This document shows positions 55,431 to 64,000 of a stretch of 64,000 nt of DNA, piece after piece (within the stretch, counting starts at the first letter, position 1; each line of letters opens with the position of its first letter). The stretch lies in assembly GCF_009914755.1 (NCBI RefSeq), contig NC_060940.1, one strand, 5' to 3'. The position numbers and the translations under genes were made by a program. The notes under the pieces were generated by a model. It was not told the origin of the DNA. It saw only the letters and a program-made list of their open reading frames with translations, and did no database searches. The stretch is from the human T2T-CHM13v2.0 reference genome, Homo sapiens.

Positions 55431-56809
55431 GAGTCAAAGGCTTTGGACTTGAATGCCATCTCTGCTACTTTAGAGCTGTGTGTGCATGTACTTTTAACTT
55501 CTCTCTGTCTCCCTCTCAAAATGGGCCCGATAGTAGGTTCCATTTTGGTCTGGTCCCACCAGGACCTCTGACTCGCTGGCGACCTCAGGTAGGGGCTCAT
55601 GTAATAGCCCAGCTCCTCAAACACGGAGGATGGGTCCCACTCCTGACCCAGCCTCATTTTACAGCAGAGCGTGAAGGCCGAGACTAGAGGCTGCACCAGG
55701 CTGGGGAAGGGGCAAATTCTAGATTACTCACCAGGCCCGTACCCATGAGAGCCCTCAGGCCTGCAGCACCGTGGATCCAGAGGCAGAGACAGAGCTTTGT
55801 AGAAGGGTGAAAACACTTCCTCCCCGCTTCCGGCTGCAGAAAAGCCACTTTCTCGCGGCAGAGCCCAGACTGGCAACCCCCAGGCCTTCTGCACCTCACC
55901 TGGGCAGCAGGCACGCTGACTGTGTGTGTTTCAATCTCTCCAGGCTCAGAGGGATGGCGGGGGATGCTGCCTGCGCGGTTGCTAGTGGCGGACACAGCTG
56001 CCTGGCTGACACTGCCTTTGTCATGCTCCAGAGCACTCAGCCAGCCCGGGGCCCCTCACCCACTCCCTCTCTCCTCCTGCCACCAGAAGCAGCCTCTTCC
56101 CGGCTCCCACCCTTTCTCCCCGAAGCCACTTGTACCTGCTCCAGAGCCTGGAGAGGTGACAAGTGCTTCCCAGACAACAAAAGCATCTCCCAGGAGAACA
56201 GATGTTACGCACACTCAGCTACACCCTTGCTCTGTGCCCTGATTTTAAGCTGTGTTTGGGCAGCTCTTTGGGATGAAACTGAGGCAAGGGGTAAAGGGCC
56301 TGTCTTGGTCAAGGTCATCCCACCTTGGGACTCCTGGGTGTGTTTCAGACATCCGTCCCCTTGGGTTCCAATGCTGGTCTGGCCACTTACAAGCTGTGTG
56401 ACCTTGGGCAAGTTATTTGACCTCCCAGAGCCTAATTTCCCCCCAGATAACGACAGATAGGTAGTGAACCCACCTCTTGCTAAAAAATGTGAGCCATTAT
56501 TGTCATTACTCCATCCTTTTAATTCCTCTTTCTCTCCACTCCAGCCACATCCGCCTCAATGCCTGCTGCCCCTGGACCTTAGGCTTGGGATGTGAAATCT
56601 TTCTGGAATGTTCCTTCGTTAGTTCCTCGCATGGCTTGTTCCCTCGCTTCCCTCTTTTGAGTCTTGACTCAAGTCACCTCCCCAGGGAGGCCCTGTCCTG
56701 CCCTGTCCTCCCTGGGCGCTTATGTGACATCCGAGGCGGTTTCCCAATTCGACTACCTGTGGCTCTTGCGCCTGGAACGTAAGCCCCACGAGGACAGGAC
56801 TGTTTCACT

Positions 56810-63540
<6,731 letters not shown>

Positions 63541-63599
63541 AGCCTTTGCTCCAGGCAAACGGCCTTCCTACATCCCTTCCAGGTATCAACCTACAGCTC

Positions 63600-63960
63600 C
63601 TGCGCACCTACTATGTGCCCATTTCCACAACAGGTCATGAGCACCTAATATGTGTTCATTAGACCAAAACATGAGCATCCATTACGAGTCCACACCTACT
63701 ATGTGTGCATTCACCCACAACGTCCTGAGCACCTACTATGTGTGCATTCTCTTAAAATGCAATGAGCATCGATTGTGTGTCCACATAACCCATGAGCACC
63801 TGCTATGTGTCCATCTGGGCACCAGCCCATGAGCACCTACTATGTGTGCATTCTCTTAAAATGCAATGAGCATCGATTGTGTGTCCACATAACCCATGAG
63901 CACCTGCTATGTGTCCATCTGGGCACCAGCCCAGGAGCACCTACTATGTGCCAAGCCTTG
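63600..63960. repeat. L2-derived minisatellite with an exact 104-bp duplication
   Basis: About 11 monomers of GAGCACCTACTATGTG-like sequence; 63726-63829 is identical to 63830-63933. Confidence 0.9.
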
Positions 63961-64000
63961 TGCCTGCCATGGATGCCTTGTGATCAAGAGCCACGTGCTT

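Noticed and set aside
63600-63960. Repeat-spacer pattern resembling a CRISPR array
   Set aside because: Eukaryotic context, degenerate L2-derived monomers, duplicated spacers and no cas genes

Overview
Primate (almost certainly human) genomic DNA, GC-rich and roughly half Alu by eye. It holds one complete protein-coding gene on the minus strand: TFAP4 (AP-4, bHLH-leucine zipper). Its 7 coding exons all have GT-AG boundaries and join into an uninterrupted 1017-nt ORF (338 aa, MEYFMVPTQK...GDGELP*), with ATG at 22075, TGA at 7386-7388 and AATAAA at 6534-6539. This haplotype encodes His at residue 218. The promoter/intron-1 CpG island (~20.5-23.5 kb) carries four CACGTG E-boxes, four CAGCTG AP-4 boxes and a (CA)n tract. 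Three more CpG-rich promoter-like islands lie at ~2.8-3.6 kb (from memory of 16p13.3, the LINC01569 promoter), ~56.8-57.4 kb and ~63.2-63.5 kb (towards GLIS2, which is not in the window). The rest is Alu, L1, MLT1, MER and MIR/L2 sequence, and nearly all ORFs in the track are Alu or GC-rich artefacts. I found no evidence for a wholly new multi-gene system. The best unexplained signals are: a 24-nt piece of TFAP4 intron 4 pasted into an intron-6 Alu; a phased CCAAT tandem array followed by a TATA-like box and a consensus splice donor in intron 1; a CTCF motif and hairpin abutting the exon-4 donor; and an L2-derived higher-order tandem repeat at the right end.
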